Source: Candidatus Harrisonbacteria bacterium
GTDB taxonomy: Bacteria > Patescibacteriota > Minisyncoccia > UBA6257 > 1-14-0-10-44-23
Assembly (NCBI GenBank): GCA_023255625.1
Contig: JAHFLF010000001.1
Location: forward strand, 185,766 to 249,765
Reading direction: 5' to 3'
DNA: 64,000 bases
The notes beneath the pieces were generated by a model. That model worked only from the letters and a program-made list of their open reading frames with translations, ran no database searches and was not told the origin of the DNA. Shown here in pieces: positions 26,390 through 35,118 of this stretch (position 1 is the stretch's first letter; each line of letters starts with the position of its first letter). Position numbers and translations under genes: made by a program.

Positions 26390-28630
26390 ATGGCCAAATC
26401 TAAAAAAGACAAAAAGTCCAAGGGAAAGGATTTTGAAATTCCGAATCCGCTGGCCAGCGTCAGCGAGGCAACCAAAAAAAGCGTTGCTGGCATTCTGCTT
26501 GTCGGTGTCTCCATTATTCTTTTTCTGGCCGCCTTTAATTCGGCCGGCCCGGCCGGCACAGCGACCTTTAACCTACTCCACCGCTTTGTGGGTGTCGGCT
26601 ACTACCTTATCCCCATCATCGCCCTAACCGTCGGAATCCTCTTCTTAGTCAGCCATGAGAAAAAGTTTTTTGGTATTGTCTTTGCCGGCATGGCCGGATT
26701 TGTCCTTTCCTGCCTCGGGCTGATCGATGTACTCTTCCCGGCCGAAAAAGGATTGCCCGACTCGGCGGGCTGGCTTGGCCATCTTGTTGGGCTTCTGGAA
26801 ATCCCCTTTGGCTACGCCGCCTCAATCATTTTACTCATCACGCTGGTAGTTGTTTGCCTGATGATCACCCTGAATGCTTCAGTTAATTTGAAAAAATTGA
26901 AAAAACCGTGGAAGACAGAGATCGAAGAAGAGGAAAAAATTGAAGAGGAGGAGCTAATTATTACCGGTGCAGATGAGCAGCCAAAAAAACGCAAGCTCTT
27001 CGGCGGGCAAGACGATGAAGACGAGGAGAAAGATTTAAAAAAACCGATTAAGCCAGTTGCCGTACCTGCGGATGTTGAAGTGAAAGTTGCGGAGCAGCCG
27101 CTAATTAGTCTTGGCCGCGGCAAACTAAAAGAACACGCTAACTATATCGCTCCCCCGCTGGCCCTCCTTGCGGCAACGGTTGATAAACCAATGCCTGGCG
27201 ACTTAAAAGCCAACGCGAATATTATTAAACGCACACTGGAAAGTTTCGGCGTACCGGTGGAAATGGGCGAGGTCAACATCGGCCCAAAATTTACTCGCTA
27301 CACTTTGAAGCCGGCCGAGGGTGTTAAGCTCACCCGTATCACGGCGCTTCAACAAGATCTCGCGCTTGCTCTGGCCGCACCGAGCTTACGGCTTGAGGCA
27401 CCAATTCCCGGCAAGTCCTTAGTTGGCATTGAAATCCCAAACCGCACGGTCGCCACGGTTCATCTTGGCTCAATGCTGACCTATCCGGATTTTACGAGTG
27501 GCGGCCCACTTGTTTTTCCGATCGGCCGCGATGTTACCGGCGACGCGCTCTTTGGCAACATTGAAAAACTGCCGCACATCCTTATTGCCGGAACAACCGG
27601 CAGCGGTAAATCAATTTTCATCCACTCGGTTATCATTCCGCTGCTCTATAAAAATTCGCCGGAGCAACTTAAATTAATTTTGATTGACCCGAAACGGGTC
27701 GAGCTTTCAATTTATGAGGGCATCCCGCACCTCATCGCACCGGTCATTGTCGAGGCCAAAAAATCAATCGCCGTCTTCCGCTGGGCTGTTTCAGAAATGG
27801 ACAGGCGTTATGAAATTTTTATGAAAGCCGGCGTGCGCGACATCCGCAGTTACAACAAATCCAATAAAAATGACGCGCTACCATTTGTTGTTATCGTGAT
27901 TGACGAAATGGCCGACTTGATGAGCACCTTTGGCAAAGAAATTGAGGCCTACATTGTGCGCATTGCGCAGATGGCGCGCGCCACAGGTATTCATCTTGTT
28001 CTGGCCACCCAGCGGCCTTCAGTCAATGTTGTGACCGGACTGATTAAGGCGAACATCCAGGCCCGCGTCGCACTACAAGTCGCCAGCCAGATTGACTCGC
28101 GTACGATTATTGACACCGCCGGCGCCGAACGCCTGCTCGGTAAGGGCGATTTACTTTTTGTCTCAAATGATTTCAGCAAACCAAAAAGAATTCAAGCCCC
28201 ATTTGTCAGCGAAGAGGAGATCCGCGAGGTAGTGGCCTTCATTAAAGAACACAACGAAGTACTCACGCCCAGTGAGCCGACCGAAGAAAGCAAGGCGATC
28301 CAAAATTCTATGACTGAAACAAGCGGTCCCTCCTTCGCTAAAGCTTCGGAGGGCAAGGATATTTTTGATGACTATGGCGGCACAAACAGCGACAATGCAG
28401 AAGATGAACTGCTGACGCAGGCAATTCAAACGGTTAAAGAGGCGAAAAAGGCCTCGGCCTCCCTGCTCCAACGCCGACTTGGTGTTGGCTACGCTCGTGC
28501 CGCACGGCTCTTAGACATCATGGAATCAAAAGGACTTATCGGCCCGGGCGATGGCGCCAAACCCCGCGAGGTATTTATTGTTGACGAGGCAACTGACGGC
28601 GGCGTGCCACCGGAATTGCCAGTTGGATAA
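26390..28630 (+). CDS. ftsK: DNA translocase FtsK/SpoIIIE
   Basis: N-terminal TM helices, linker, Walker A GTTGSGKS, Walker B VVIVIDEMADLM, LVLATQRPS, C-terminal gamma wHTH domain (LLQRRLGVGYARAARLLDIMESKGLIGP). Confidence 0.9.
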   Translation: MAKSKKDKKSKGKDFEIPNPLASVSEATKKSVAGILLVGVSIILFLAAFNSAGPAGTATFNLLHRFVGVGYYLIPIIALTVGILFLVSHEKKFFGIVFAGMAGFVLSCLGLIDVLFPAEKGLPDSAGWLGHLVGLLEIPFGYAASIILLITLVVVCLMITLNASVNLKKLKKPWKTEIEEEEKIEEEELIITGADEQPKKRKLFGGQDDEDEEKDLKKPIKPVAVPADVEVKVAEQPLISLGRGKLKEHANYIAPPLALLAATVDKPMPGDLKANANIIKRTLESFGVPVEMGEVNIGPKFTRYTLKPAEGVKLTRITALQQDLALALAAPSLRLEAPIPGKSLVGIEIPNRTVATVHLGSMLTYPDFTSGGPLVFPIGRDVTGDALFGNIEKLPHILIAGTTGSGKSIFIHSVIIPLLYKNSPEQLKLILIDPKRVELSIYEGIPHLIAPVIVEAKKSIAVFRWAVSEMDRRYEIFMKAGVRDIRSYNKSNKNDALPFVVIVIDEMADLMSTFGKEIEAYIVRIAQMARATGIHLVLATQRPSVNVVTGLIKANIQARVALQVASQIDSRTIIDTAGAERLLGKGDLLFVSNDFSKPKRIQAPFVSEEEIREVVAFIKEHNEVLTPSEPTEESKAIQNSMTETSGPSFAKASEGKDIFDDYGGTNSDNAEDELLTQAIQTVKEAKKASASLLQRRLGVGYARAARLLDIMESKGLIGPGDGAKPREVFIVDEATDGGVPPELPVG

Positions 28631-28793
28631 AAAACACTCAAAGTTGTATAGTAGAAATGTAGGTCCCCTGCACGGAAAAATACCGAGGATCCGTAAAGGG
28701 CATGGCAACTCAAACCGGTGAAAGGAGTCGACCGACCAAAGAGCCGTGAGTTCGTTCTGACCTTGTTCTGACCAGTCCACACACGGAGGTTCG

Positions 28794-29018
28794 ATGCCCA
28801 TCGACGACGATCGTGATCGCGCTACCTGCCTAGTGCTCCTTGCCTATCGCGTGCTGCTTGCGTGTAGGAAAAAGGGGTACAGAGGTCCGCTACTCATGAC
28901 GGAATCGATGGACCGCGCCTGGTACTACCACCTGGGAGCGAAGCGGGCTCTCTTCGGAGAGTTCGAGTCAGCGGTGATGGAGGAAGTCTTCCAAGCACTG
29001 CATCTTCGCTACAAGTAG
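28794..29018 (+). CDS. Hypothetical small protein (74 aa) in GC-rich segment
   Basis: SD acggagg 6 nt upstream. Possible TTGGAT-18-TATAGT promoter at 28625-28653 gives a ~134-nt GC-rich leader. No similarity recognised. Confidence 0.3.
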   Translation: MPIDDDRDRATCLVLLAYRVLLACRKKGYRGPLLMTESMDRAWYYHLGAKRALFGEFESAVMEEVFQALHLRYK

Positions 29019-29164
29019 TATATCCGGGCGCACCGGCCCTGTGCGATATCGTGGAGCGCCACAACCGCCGATGGCAATCAGGCGCCAACCGCATAGCTGG
29101 TACTGGTCCACATTCCAGCCGGCGAACCCCTTGCGGGATTCGCCGGCACCAAACTCTACTTTAA

Positions 29165-29458
29165 ATGACAAAACGCAATTGGAATAACGATAAGACAAAT
29201 GAACTGGTCGGCGCGCTTCTCTCGTTAAAAAACGCGACCGACATGAAAAGTTTTTTACGCGATCTACTCACCGAGGATGAAATTATTGAATTTGGAAAAC
29301 GCTGGGAGGCGGCCCGCATGCTGGCTGCCGGCGTTCCCTACTCTGAAATAAGCAAAGCCGTTGGCCTCTCGTCCCGCACCGTGGCACGGGTGGCGCAGTG
29401 GTTTCACGCCGGCAAAGGCGGCTACAAACTCGCCATCGGCTCACTCAAAAGAAAATAA
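29165..29458 (+). CDS. TrpR-like YerC/YecD-family DNA-binding protein
   Basis: LLTEDEIIEFGKRWEAARMLAAGVPYSEISKAVGLSSRTVARVAQWFHAGKGGYK matches the YerC/YecD (TrpR-related) family pattern. Confidence 0.7.
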   Translation: MTKRNWNNDKTNELVGALLSLKNATDMKSFLRDLLTEDEIIEFGKRWEAARMLAAGVPYSEISKAVGLSSRTVARVAQWFHAGKGGYKLAIGSLKRK

Positions 29459-29496
29459 TCTCCTGCTTTACAATTCAGTTAAATTGTTAAGTACCC

Positions 29497-29528
29497 TTGA
29501 CGCTAGCACTTTACTATAGTAAAGTGCT
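29497..29528 (+). promoter_or_regulatory. Promoter-like -35 TTGACG overlapped by a perfect 24-bp palindrome AGCACTTTACTATAGTAAAGTGCT (CIRCE-like operator)
   Basis: Self-complementary 29505-29528. Half-sites TAGCACT / AGTGCTA with 9-nt spacer resemble CIRCE TTAGCACTC-N9-GAGTGCTAA. Confidence 0.5.
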
Positions 29529-29649
29529 ATTTATGACTGTTTTCACAACACAACTGCATCATCTGCATACCGATACCCTCCCCGGGAGTGGTTTGTGTTG
29601 ATTGAGTAGTTACGCTTACAAATAGCGCACACGAATAGAATCAACCCAA

Positions 29650-29700
29650 TCCCCTCCTGAAAACTCCGGCGCGTCGCCGGAAAACTGGGAGGGGTTTTGA
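29650..29700 (+). terminator. Leader-embedded intrinsic terminator/attenuator 25 nt upstream of the 29719 CDS
   Basis: cccctcc-tgaaaactccggcgcgtcgccggaaaactg-ggagggg-ttttgattt. An upstream ccctcccc (29572-29579) could form an alternative antiterminator. Confidence 0.5.
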
Positions 29701-29718
29701 TTTGGGAAAGGCAAGGCA

Positions 29719-30426
29719 ATGACTAAGGAACTTGTCCGAGTGAAGCTGCTCATCTTCGCCATCGCACCGAACGAAAAGGAGCGACGGACCGCTGCCGCAA
29801 GTCACACGGCCGAAGGGTATATGCGTGATGGCCCACAGATGCTCGGGATCTGTCTGGCAACCTTCGACCAACTGCCTCAGCTGCTCGCGGCCGTCCGGAA
29901 GACTGAAGAGTTCAGGCGCGATGCCGCGGGTCGGGCGGAAAGCGAGGCTGGCAGGATGTTCGCTGCTGCACTGCGCAACGAATCGGATCGGGAAGAGTTC
30001 TATGCTCACACCGTCGCCATCGGCATCATGATGAGTATCGCCGCAGCTTGTCAGGATGCGGGCATGCTCTTCACGCCGGAATTCCCGCGCTACAACCTCC
30101 GCGCTGCCTCAGATACCTACATTAAGACATCCATGAAGGTGGTCCCAGGGATCACGATCTGCATCGGCCCGCATTTCCAGAAGGAGCATCCCTACCTGGT
30201 CATGATCTACGACAAGCCGGGGCTGCTCTGGTGCGGCGAGGCGGCCAAGCTCCCGGAGATCAACTTCGAGACCAGCGCGTGCACACCCGACCCAACGGAT
30301 GTCGCGTGGACGGAGTCCTACTACACCATGTTCTGCTACCACACCGGCATGAAGACCAAATGGCGTAAGAAGGACTCGCCATTCACCAGTGTCGGTGGTC
30401 ACGGCGGATCCTACGGCGGGCACTAG
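29719..30426 (+). CDS. Hypothetical protein (235 aa), GC-rich island gene 1
   Basis: High-GC codon usage. Gly/His-rich C-terminus SVGGHGGSYGGH. No family recognised. Confidence 0.45.
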   Translation: MTKELVRVKLLIFAIAPNEKERRTAAASHTAEGYMRDGPQMLGICLATFDQLPQLLAAVRKTEEFRRDAAGRAESEAGRMFAAALRNESDREEFYAHTVAIGIMMSIAAACQDAGMLFTPEFPRYNLRAASDTYIKTSMKVVPGITICIGPHFQKEHPYLVMIYDKPGLLWCGEAAKLPEINFETSACTPDPTDVAWTESYYTMFCYHTGMKTKWRKKDSPFTSVGGHGGSYGGH

Positions 30427-30462
30427 GCAACATCAACCCATAACTGAACGAAGGAGAATCAG

Positions 30463-31710
30463 ATGAACAAGGCGCTTCTCGTCGTCTACCCGGGCGGGCT
30501 CGCTGGCGGCGGTACGCTCCAGCAGATCCGCGCCAGCTACACCGACCTCGCCGCTCTGGCGGCGAGTCTCGGCATGAGGTTCGAGACGGCCTGGGATCCG
30601 CGCTCGAATCTGCCTGCGCCTACATTTCCGCTGGTCCTGGGCAGTGCCGGCTACTACGCCCGGCATCAGGAGCTCAAGCAGTGGGCAGGCGAGGTGCGCA
30701 CACGGCTGCACGAACAAGGCGTGAGCGAGCTGACGGTGTATGGCTTCGGGTACACCAGCTTCATCCCCTACGCCTTCGAAGGATACGACGATGTTCGGGT
30801 GATCTGGGGAGACTGCTCCCCGCCTGACACCGATGTTCTCGGCGGCGATCTCTCGTCGCGCTTCTACGGCAAGGCCTACGAACGGACGCGCGGCCTCTGC
30901 TACGGCTGGCATGAGGGAGGGCCACTCACGCGCCGGCCACTGATGTATTCGTACTCCATGACCGCGCAACCGTTTGGCAAGGAGTATGTCGGGTCTCTGC
31001 TGGCGCAGCGTCTCACAACTCCCGAACCGCTCGGTGGCGAGGGGGCGATCAGGATTGTGCTCTCGGCTTCAGACATCTGGTCGCCGAATGCAATCGGTGT
31101 CTGGATGACCGAGCAGCAGCACCGTGACACCGTTCTCCGGACGGCGCTTCTCATGGACGCCATTCGAACCTGCGCGCAGCAACTCGGGCGCAAGGTTGTC
31201 CTCTACGCGCACCCGACTCTTCGCAAGGTCAATGTTCCGACGCGCAGCTTCTATCCCAACCAGAGCGGACTGGAGGGATTTGCGGAGGCCGGAGGCATCA
31301 CCCTGGTGGACACGCACACGAGCGCGTGGACACCGGAGCAGTATCGGGCGCTCTTGCGAAGCGCCAACCTGGTCGTAACTCGCGCGTCGCATTCGGTAAC
31401 CTCTGCCGAATGTGCAGCGATGGGAATCCCCCAGGCACTCTGCCCCATGCCGTCAATGGGGTACATGAACGAAGGAGAGTTCACCTCTGACATTCGGGAC
31501 CGCGGGCTGGCCATGGTCCTCGATCCTCTGTCGCGGGGGCTGTGGCGACAGATCGCCACGGCGCTGACCGACGACAATCTGCGGCGCGACACCACCCGCC
31601 GCGCCTGCGAAGAGTTCGACAGGATCAATGACCGCCAGAACTTCTTCAAGAATCTAGCAACCCTCATCGAAGTTTCCTGGAGAAATTCAGATGACTACGA
31701 AGTAGCATAG
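30463..31710 (+). CDS. GT-B fold glycosyltransferase-like protein (GT1/GT28-like), GC-rich island gene 2
   Basis: N-terminal ALLVVYPGGLAGGGTLQQI (Gly-rich loop after beta1). C-terminal SANLVVTRASHSVTSAECAAMGIPQALCPMP resembles the GT1/MurG donor-binding motif. SD gaaggag upstream. Confidence 0.5.
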   Translation: MNKALLVVYPGGLAGGGTLQQIRASYTDLAALAASLGMRFETAWDPRSNLPAPTFPLVLGSAGYYARHQELKQWAGEVRTRLHEQGVSELTVYGFGYTSFIPYAFEGYDDVRVIWGDCSPPDTDVLGGDLSSRFYGKAYERTRGLCYGWHEGGPLTRRPLMYSYSMTAQPFGKEYVGSLLAQRLTTPEPLGGEGAIRIVLSASDIWSPNAIGVWMTEQQHRDTVLRTALLMDAIRTCAQQLGRKVVLYAHPTLRKVNVPTRSFYPNQSGLEGFAEAGGITLVDTHTSAWTPEQYRALLRSANLVVTRASHSVTSAECAAMGIPQALCPMPSMGYMNEGEFTSDIRDRGLAMVLDPLSRGLWRQIATALTDDNLRRDTTRRACEEFDRINDRQNFFKNLATLIEVSWRNSDDYEVA

Positions 31711-31718
31711 CAACCTGA

Positions 31719-31747
31719 CCCGGGCGGCGCTTGCAAGCGCCGCCCGG
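31719..31747 (+). terminator. GC hairpin between GT and GH84 genes (ccgggcggcgc-ttgcaa-gcgccgcccgg)
   Basis: 11-bp perfect GC stem with no clear U-run. May be a processing site or weak terminator. Confidence 0.35.
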
Positions 31748-31769
31748 ACAGACACCATACTTATATACT

Positions 31770-33314
31770 ATGCAGAAAAAATTATTCGGAATCGTTGAAG
31801 GATTCTTTTCAAGCCCGCTGCCGCTCTGGTCAAATTCAGAGCGTATTTCGATTATTCAACTTCTCGCAGAACAACCTTCTTTGATTAACGCATATCTTTA
31901 TTGCCCTAAAAATGATGTCTACGTAACTTCGGAATGGGCAACTCTATATACTCAAAAAAATATTAAGCCCATTATAAAAGCAGCACGATTATGCTCACGC
32001 ACTAATATCAATTTCTACTACGGCCTCAACCCAACTCTTACAGATTTCTCAGAAAGATCATCAAAAAATACGGCACGAAAGATTATTAAAAAATTAGAAC
32101 AACTTAGAACATTAGGCATAGACTCGTTTTGTCTCCTATTTGATGACATACCCTTTGCCTATAATATTCTTGCTGACGAAAAATCAATACGGGACGCACA
32201 AGCAGGCGCGGCACAAGCCATCATTGCCAATGTAGTGTACGATTGGCTCGGTAATAAACCGGGGGCACTACTGGTCTGCTCATCAGAATATTTTTTTACA
32301 CGCAAAACAAAATTTCTTGAGGCATTTGACAGCACTCTTAAAAAAGATATTCCTGTGCTCTGGACGGGGTCAGGCGTGTATGAAAAAAATCTCGGAAGCA
32401 GTACTGTTGTCGCGGCTCAAAATTCTATTGCCGCAGAGAGGCCCCTCATATGGTGGAACAATTATCCGGTTAATGATTGCGAACACATTCCTGGAACATT
32501 CCACTTCGGTGCTTTTAACGGCCCACCCATAAAAGCCTTCCAAAAACTAGATGGCATTTTTGTTAATCCCATGCGAGAAGCCATGCTGAATATAGGAGTG
32601 CTCGCGACATTCAAACAATACCTGGAAAATCCTAGACAATATAATCGCGATAGAGCACTTAGGGTGGTATGTACAGAAAAATTTGGTAAAGCGGGCAGGG
32701 CTCTCTACCGGCTTGGATCTTCATTCGCAGATAAAAATACGGTTGATGCTGAACCAAGAGAATATGCTAAAAAAATCCTCGCTGTAAAAACTAATGAGCA
32801 GCTACGGATTGTATATGCATCTATCAACGCGGACCAAAAACTTATTGAGGCATATAAAAAGAACGACGCTGACTCTGCGTGGGGATCATTTTGCTTGTAC
32901 ATAGCAATGCTTTTAAAGCCGCGCATCAAAGCAGCTATGCAAGTAGCTCAAACTAACAAGGCGGGCTTTGAGAAAATAACAGAGCCGTTACTTAGATTTC
33001 CTGTTGTAACCGAAAAACGCTACCTTACTAAAATCTATAAAACAATCATGGATAGGCAGAGGATGATCTCTGCCTGGCAAAACTTCGGGAATGTAGCATT
33101 ATTAAATGCCATTTCAAACCTCGGTATCCTCTATGGGAAATATAACGGGAAAAATCGTCTCTCTATCAGCAGTTCCGATGAAGCAATGTTGCGAAAAAAT
33201 ATCAAAATTACTATCAGGAAACAAAAGGAACTTCTAGTTAAGTATTGTTTAGTCGCCGATAAAATTAAAAAAATAAAAACACTAATAAGATGGTGGAATA
33301 TGAATGGTTATTGA
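31770..33314 (+). CDS. Glycoside hydrolase family 84 protein (O-GlcNAcase / beta-N-acetylglucosaminidase NagJ-like)
   Basis: LFGIVEGFFSSPLPLW, YLYCPKNDVY, FYYGLNPTLT, FCLLFDDIP (catalytic Asp-Asp), LLVCSSEYFF, RPLIWWNNYPVNDC, DGIFVNPMREA are the GH84 catalytic-domain motifs, in order. ATG at 31770 preferred over the TTG at 31731. Confidence 0.7.
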   Translation: MQKKLFGIVEGFFSSPLPLWSNSERISIIQLLAEQPSLINAYLYCPKNDVYVTSEWATLYTQKNIKPIIKAARLCSRTNINFYYGLNPTLTDFSERSSKNTARKIIKKLEQLRTLGIDSFCLLFDDIPFAYNILADEKSIRDAQAGAAQAIIANVVYDWLGNKPGALLVCSSEYFFTRKTKFLEAFDSTLKKDIPVLWTGSGVYEKNLGSSTVVAAQNSIAAERPLIWWNNYPVNDCEHIPGTFHFGAFNGPPIKAFQKLDGIFVNPMREAMLNIGVLATFKQYLENPRQYNRDRALRVVCTEKFGKAGRALYRLGSSFADKNTVDAEPREYAKKILAVKTNEQLRIVYASINADQKLIEAYKKNDADSAWGSFCLYIAMLLKPRIKAAMQVAQTNKAGFEKITEPLLRFPVVTEKRYLTKIYKTIMDRQRMISAWQNFGNVALLNAISNLGILYGKYNGKNRLSISSSDEAMLRKNIKITIRKQKELLVKYCLVADKIKKIKTLIRWWNMNGY

Positions 33315-33317
33315 AAT

Positions 33318-34061
33318 TTAATCTTTCTTCTCTCCCTCCCTATTTTTCGCAATCTTATTCAGCAACTTATCCAAATCCCCATCCAGCACCGTCTCAATTT
33401 CATGCACTTTTGCATTAAATCGGTGGTCGGTAATCCGGTCATCTGGAAAATTGTAGGTACGGATTTTTTCTGACCGGTCGCCGGTGCCTACTACATCACT
33501 GCGACTGCCCGAAAACTGGCTAAGCTCTTTTTCGCGCTGCATAGCAAACAACTTAGCGCGCAGTACCGACATCGCCGTCTCGCGATTAGCGTGCTGGCTA
33601 CGCTCGGCGCGGCTGCTTACCACAATGCCGGTTGGCTTGTGTGTTACGCGCACGGCCGTTTCAACTTTGTTCACATTCTGGCCGCCCGGCCCGCCGGCCC
33701 GGCTAAAAGTTACTAAAATATCACTGTCATTGATGACAACCTCTTTTGGCTCAACCTCCGGAAGTATGGCAACGGTTGCAGTTGAGGTGTGTACTCTCCC
33801 CTGTCTCTCGGTAGCCGGAACACGCTGCACGCGGTGCGTACCGCTTTCTAACTTAAGCGCATCATACGCGCCTGTTCCGGTAATCCGCGCGGCAAAAAAC
33901 TTATACCCGCCATTACCCATGTCGTTTGAATCAAGCAATTGAAAAGCCCAGCCCTTATTCTGACTGTAGCGCTGATACATGCGCGCTAAATTACCGGCAA
34001 ACAGCCCGGCCTCGTCGCCGCCGACACCTGCTCGAATTTCTAAAATAACTTTGTTGGTCAT
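33318..34061 (-). CDS. prfA: Peptide chain release factor 1 homolog lacking the N-terminal domain 1
   Basis: 247 aa. [40 protein letters not shown] (PxT = PAT, RF1-type), [26 protein letters not shown] (GGQ). Starts where RF1 domain 2 begins; upstream 174 bp is non-coding. Confidence 0.75.
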   Translation of the reverse strand: MTNKVILEIRAGVGGDEAGLFAGNLARMYQRYSQNKGWAFQLLDSNDMGNGGYKFFAARITGTGAYDALKLESGTHRVQRVPATERQGRVHTSTATVAILPEVEPKEVVINDSDILVTFSRAGGPGGQNVNKVETAVRVTHKPTGIVVSSRAERSQHANRETAMSVLRAKLFAMQREKELSQFSGSRSDVVGTGDRSEKIRTYNFPDDRITDHRFNAKVHEIETVLDGDLDKLLNKIAKNREGEKKD

Positions 34062-34194
34062 ACCCTTTTAAAGTGGAGGCACTGGGTTTGACCCTAGACG
34101 GCCCTCTCGCAGGCCGAGGAGGCCGAGAGGAGTCGCTGCGCGAGCCGCGCGCAGATAGACGGGGCCGGTCTGGGGCAAAACCAGTGCCGAAACA

Positions 34195-34215
34195 TTGTGC
34201 TATAATACAATAAAG
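34195..34215. promoter_or_regulatory. Overlapping divergent promoters (extended -10 TGcTATAAT for + strand receiver gene; TTGCCT-17-TATTAT on minus strand for prfA-like gene)
   Basis: cattgtgctataatacaataaagcatgctgttaggcaacaaacATG. Minus-strand reading gives ttgcctaacagcatgctttattgtattat. Confidence 0.4.
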
Positions 34216-34235
34216 CATGCTGTTAGGCAACAAAC

Positions 34236-34634
34236 ATGAAAAATTTACTGCCACTTATATTGGTCGCTGACGAGGAAAAAGAATTCCGCGATCTGATCGT
34301 CGATGTACTACACACCAAAGGATTTCAAACTGCAACCGCAAGCAACGGCGAAGATGCCGTCGCCGCGGCCCGCAAATATCATCCGGCGCTTATTCTAATG
34401 GATGTGGATATGCCGAAAAAAAACGGGATTGAGGCCACGCTAGAACTACAGCAGGATCCGCACACTAAGAATATCAAAATCATGTATCTTTCTAATCTCG
34501 GCGACGCTTCCTGGGCGGCGGCGACCGAAACAAATCGAAAATTGGCAAAACAAATAGGGGCCGTTGATTATTTTAAAAAAGGCGGCAATTTAGATACGCT
34601 GATTGATCGCATCAGATTCCACTTGGCCTCCTGA
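34236..34634 (+). CDS. Stand-alone response regulator receiver domain protein (CheY-like)
   Basis: LILVADEE...LILMDVDMPKKNG...KIMYLSNLG... Conserved acidic pocket and phospho-acceptor Asp (ILMDVD). Confidence 0.75.
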   Translation: MKNLLPLILVADEEKEFRDLIVDVLHTKGFQTATASNGEDAVAAARKYHPALILMDVDMPKKNGIEATLELQQDPHTKNIKIMYLSNLGDASWAAATETNRKLAKQIGAVDYFKKGGNLDTLIDRIRFHLAS

Positions 34635-34654
34635 TATAAGATACCAATATACAA

Positions 34655-35071
34655 ATGGTACTAATGCAACGAATGAATACTAATCAGACAACTCAAAAAT
34701 CTGAACTTCTGTATCCTCAACTTTCATTTACTATTGTCGGTGTACTTTTTGACGCCCATAATGAGCTCGGGCCCTATGCCAGAGAAAAACAATACGGCGA
34801 TAGCATCGAGGCAAAATTTAAGTTTGCAAAAATACCCTATCGACGAGAATGCGCTATTGGAACATCCACAAATATAGCTGATTTTATTATCAATGATTTA
34901 ATATTGATTGAACTAAAAAGTAAGCGACTCCTGTTGCGAGAAGATTATGAACAAACACAGCGCTACTTGCAGGCAGGAAATTTACGCCTTGGCTTACTGG
35001 TGAATTTCCGGAATAAGTATTTGAAACCTGTTCGCGTTGTTAAAATAGATAGCCCTCATCGTAACTATTAG
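34655..35071 (+). CDS. GxxExxY-family protein (PD-(D/E)xK nuclease-like fold)
   Basis: ELGPYAREKQYGDSIEAKFKFAKIPYRRE...ADFIINDLILIELKSKRLL...YLQAGNLRLGLLVNFRNKYLKPVRVV matches the family pattern along its length. Confidence 0.65.
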   Translation: MVLMQRMNTNQTTQKSELLYPQLSFTIVGVLFDAHNELGPYAREKQYGDSIEAKFKFAKIPYRRECAIGTSTNIADFIINDLILIELKSKRLLLREDYEQTQRYLQAGNLRLGLLVNFRNKYLKPVRVVKIDSPHRNY

Positions 35072-35118
35072 TAATTATTGGTATCATTCGTTTAATTAGT
35101 AAATTAGTATCTTCCATC

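Noticed and set aside
28775-28800. tRNA-like T-loop sequence GGTTCGATGCC
   Set aside because: Flanking sequence cannot form a T-stem or acceptor stem. It is instead the SD/start region of a small ORF.
31731-31769. TTG start at 31731 for the GH84 gene
   Set aside because: The TTG lies in the loop of the ccgggcggcgc/gcgccgcccgg hairpin and adds a non-conserved leader. Homology begins at the ATG at 31770.
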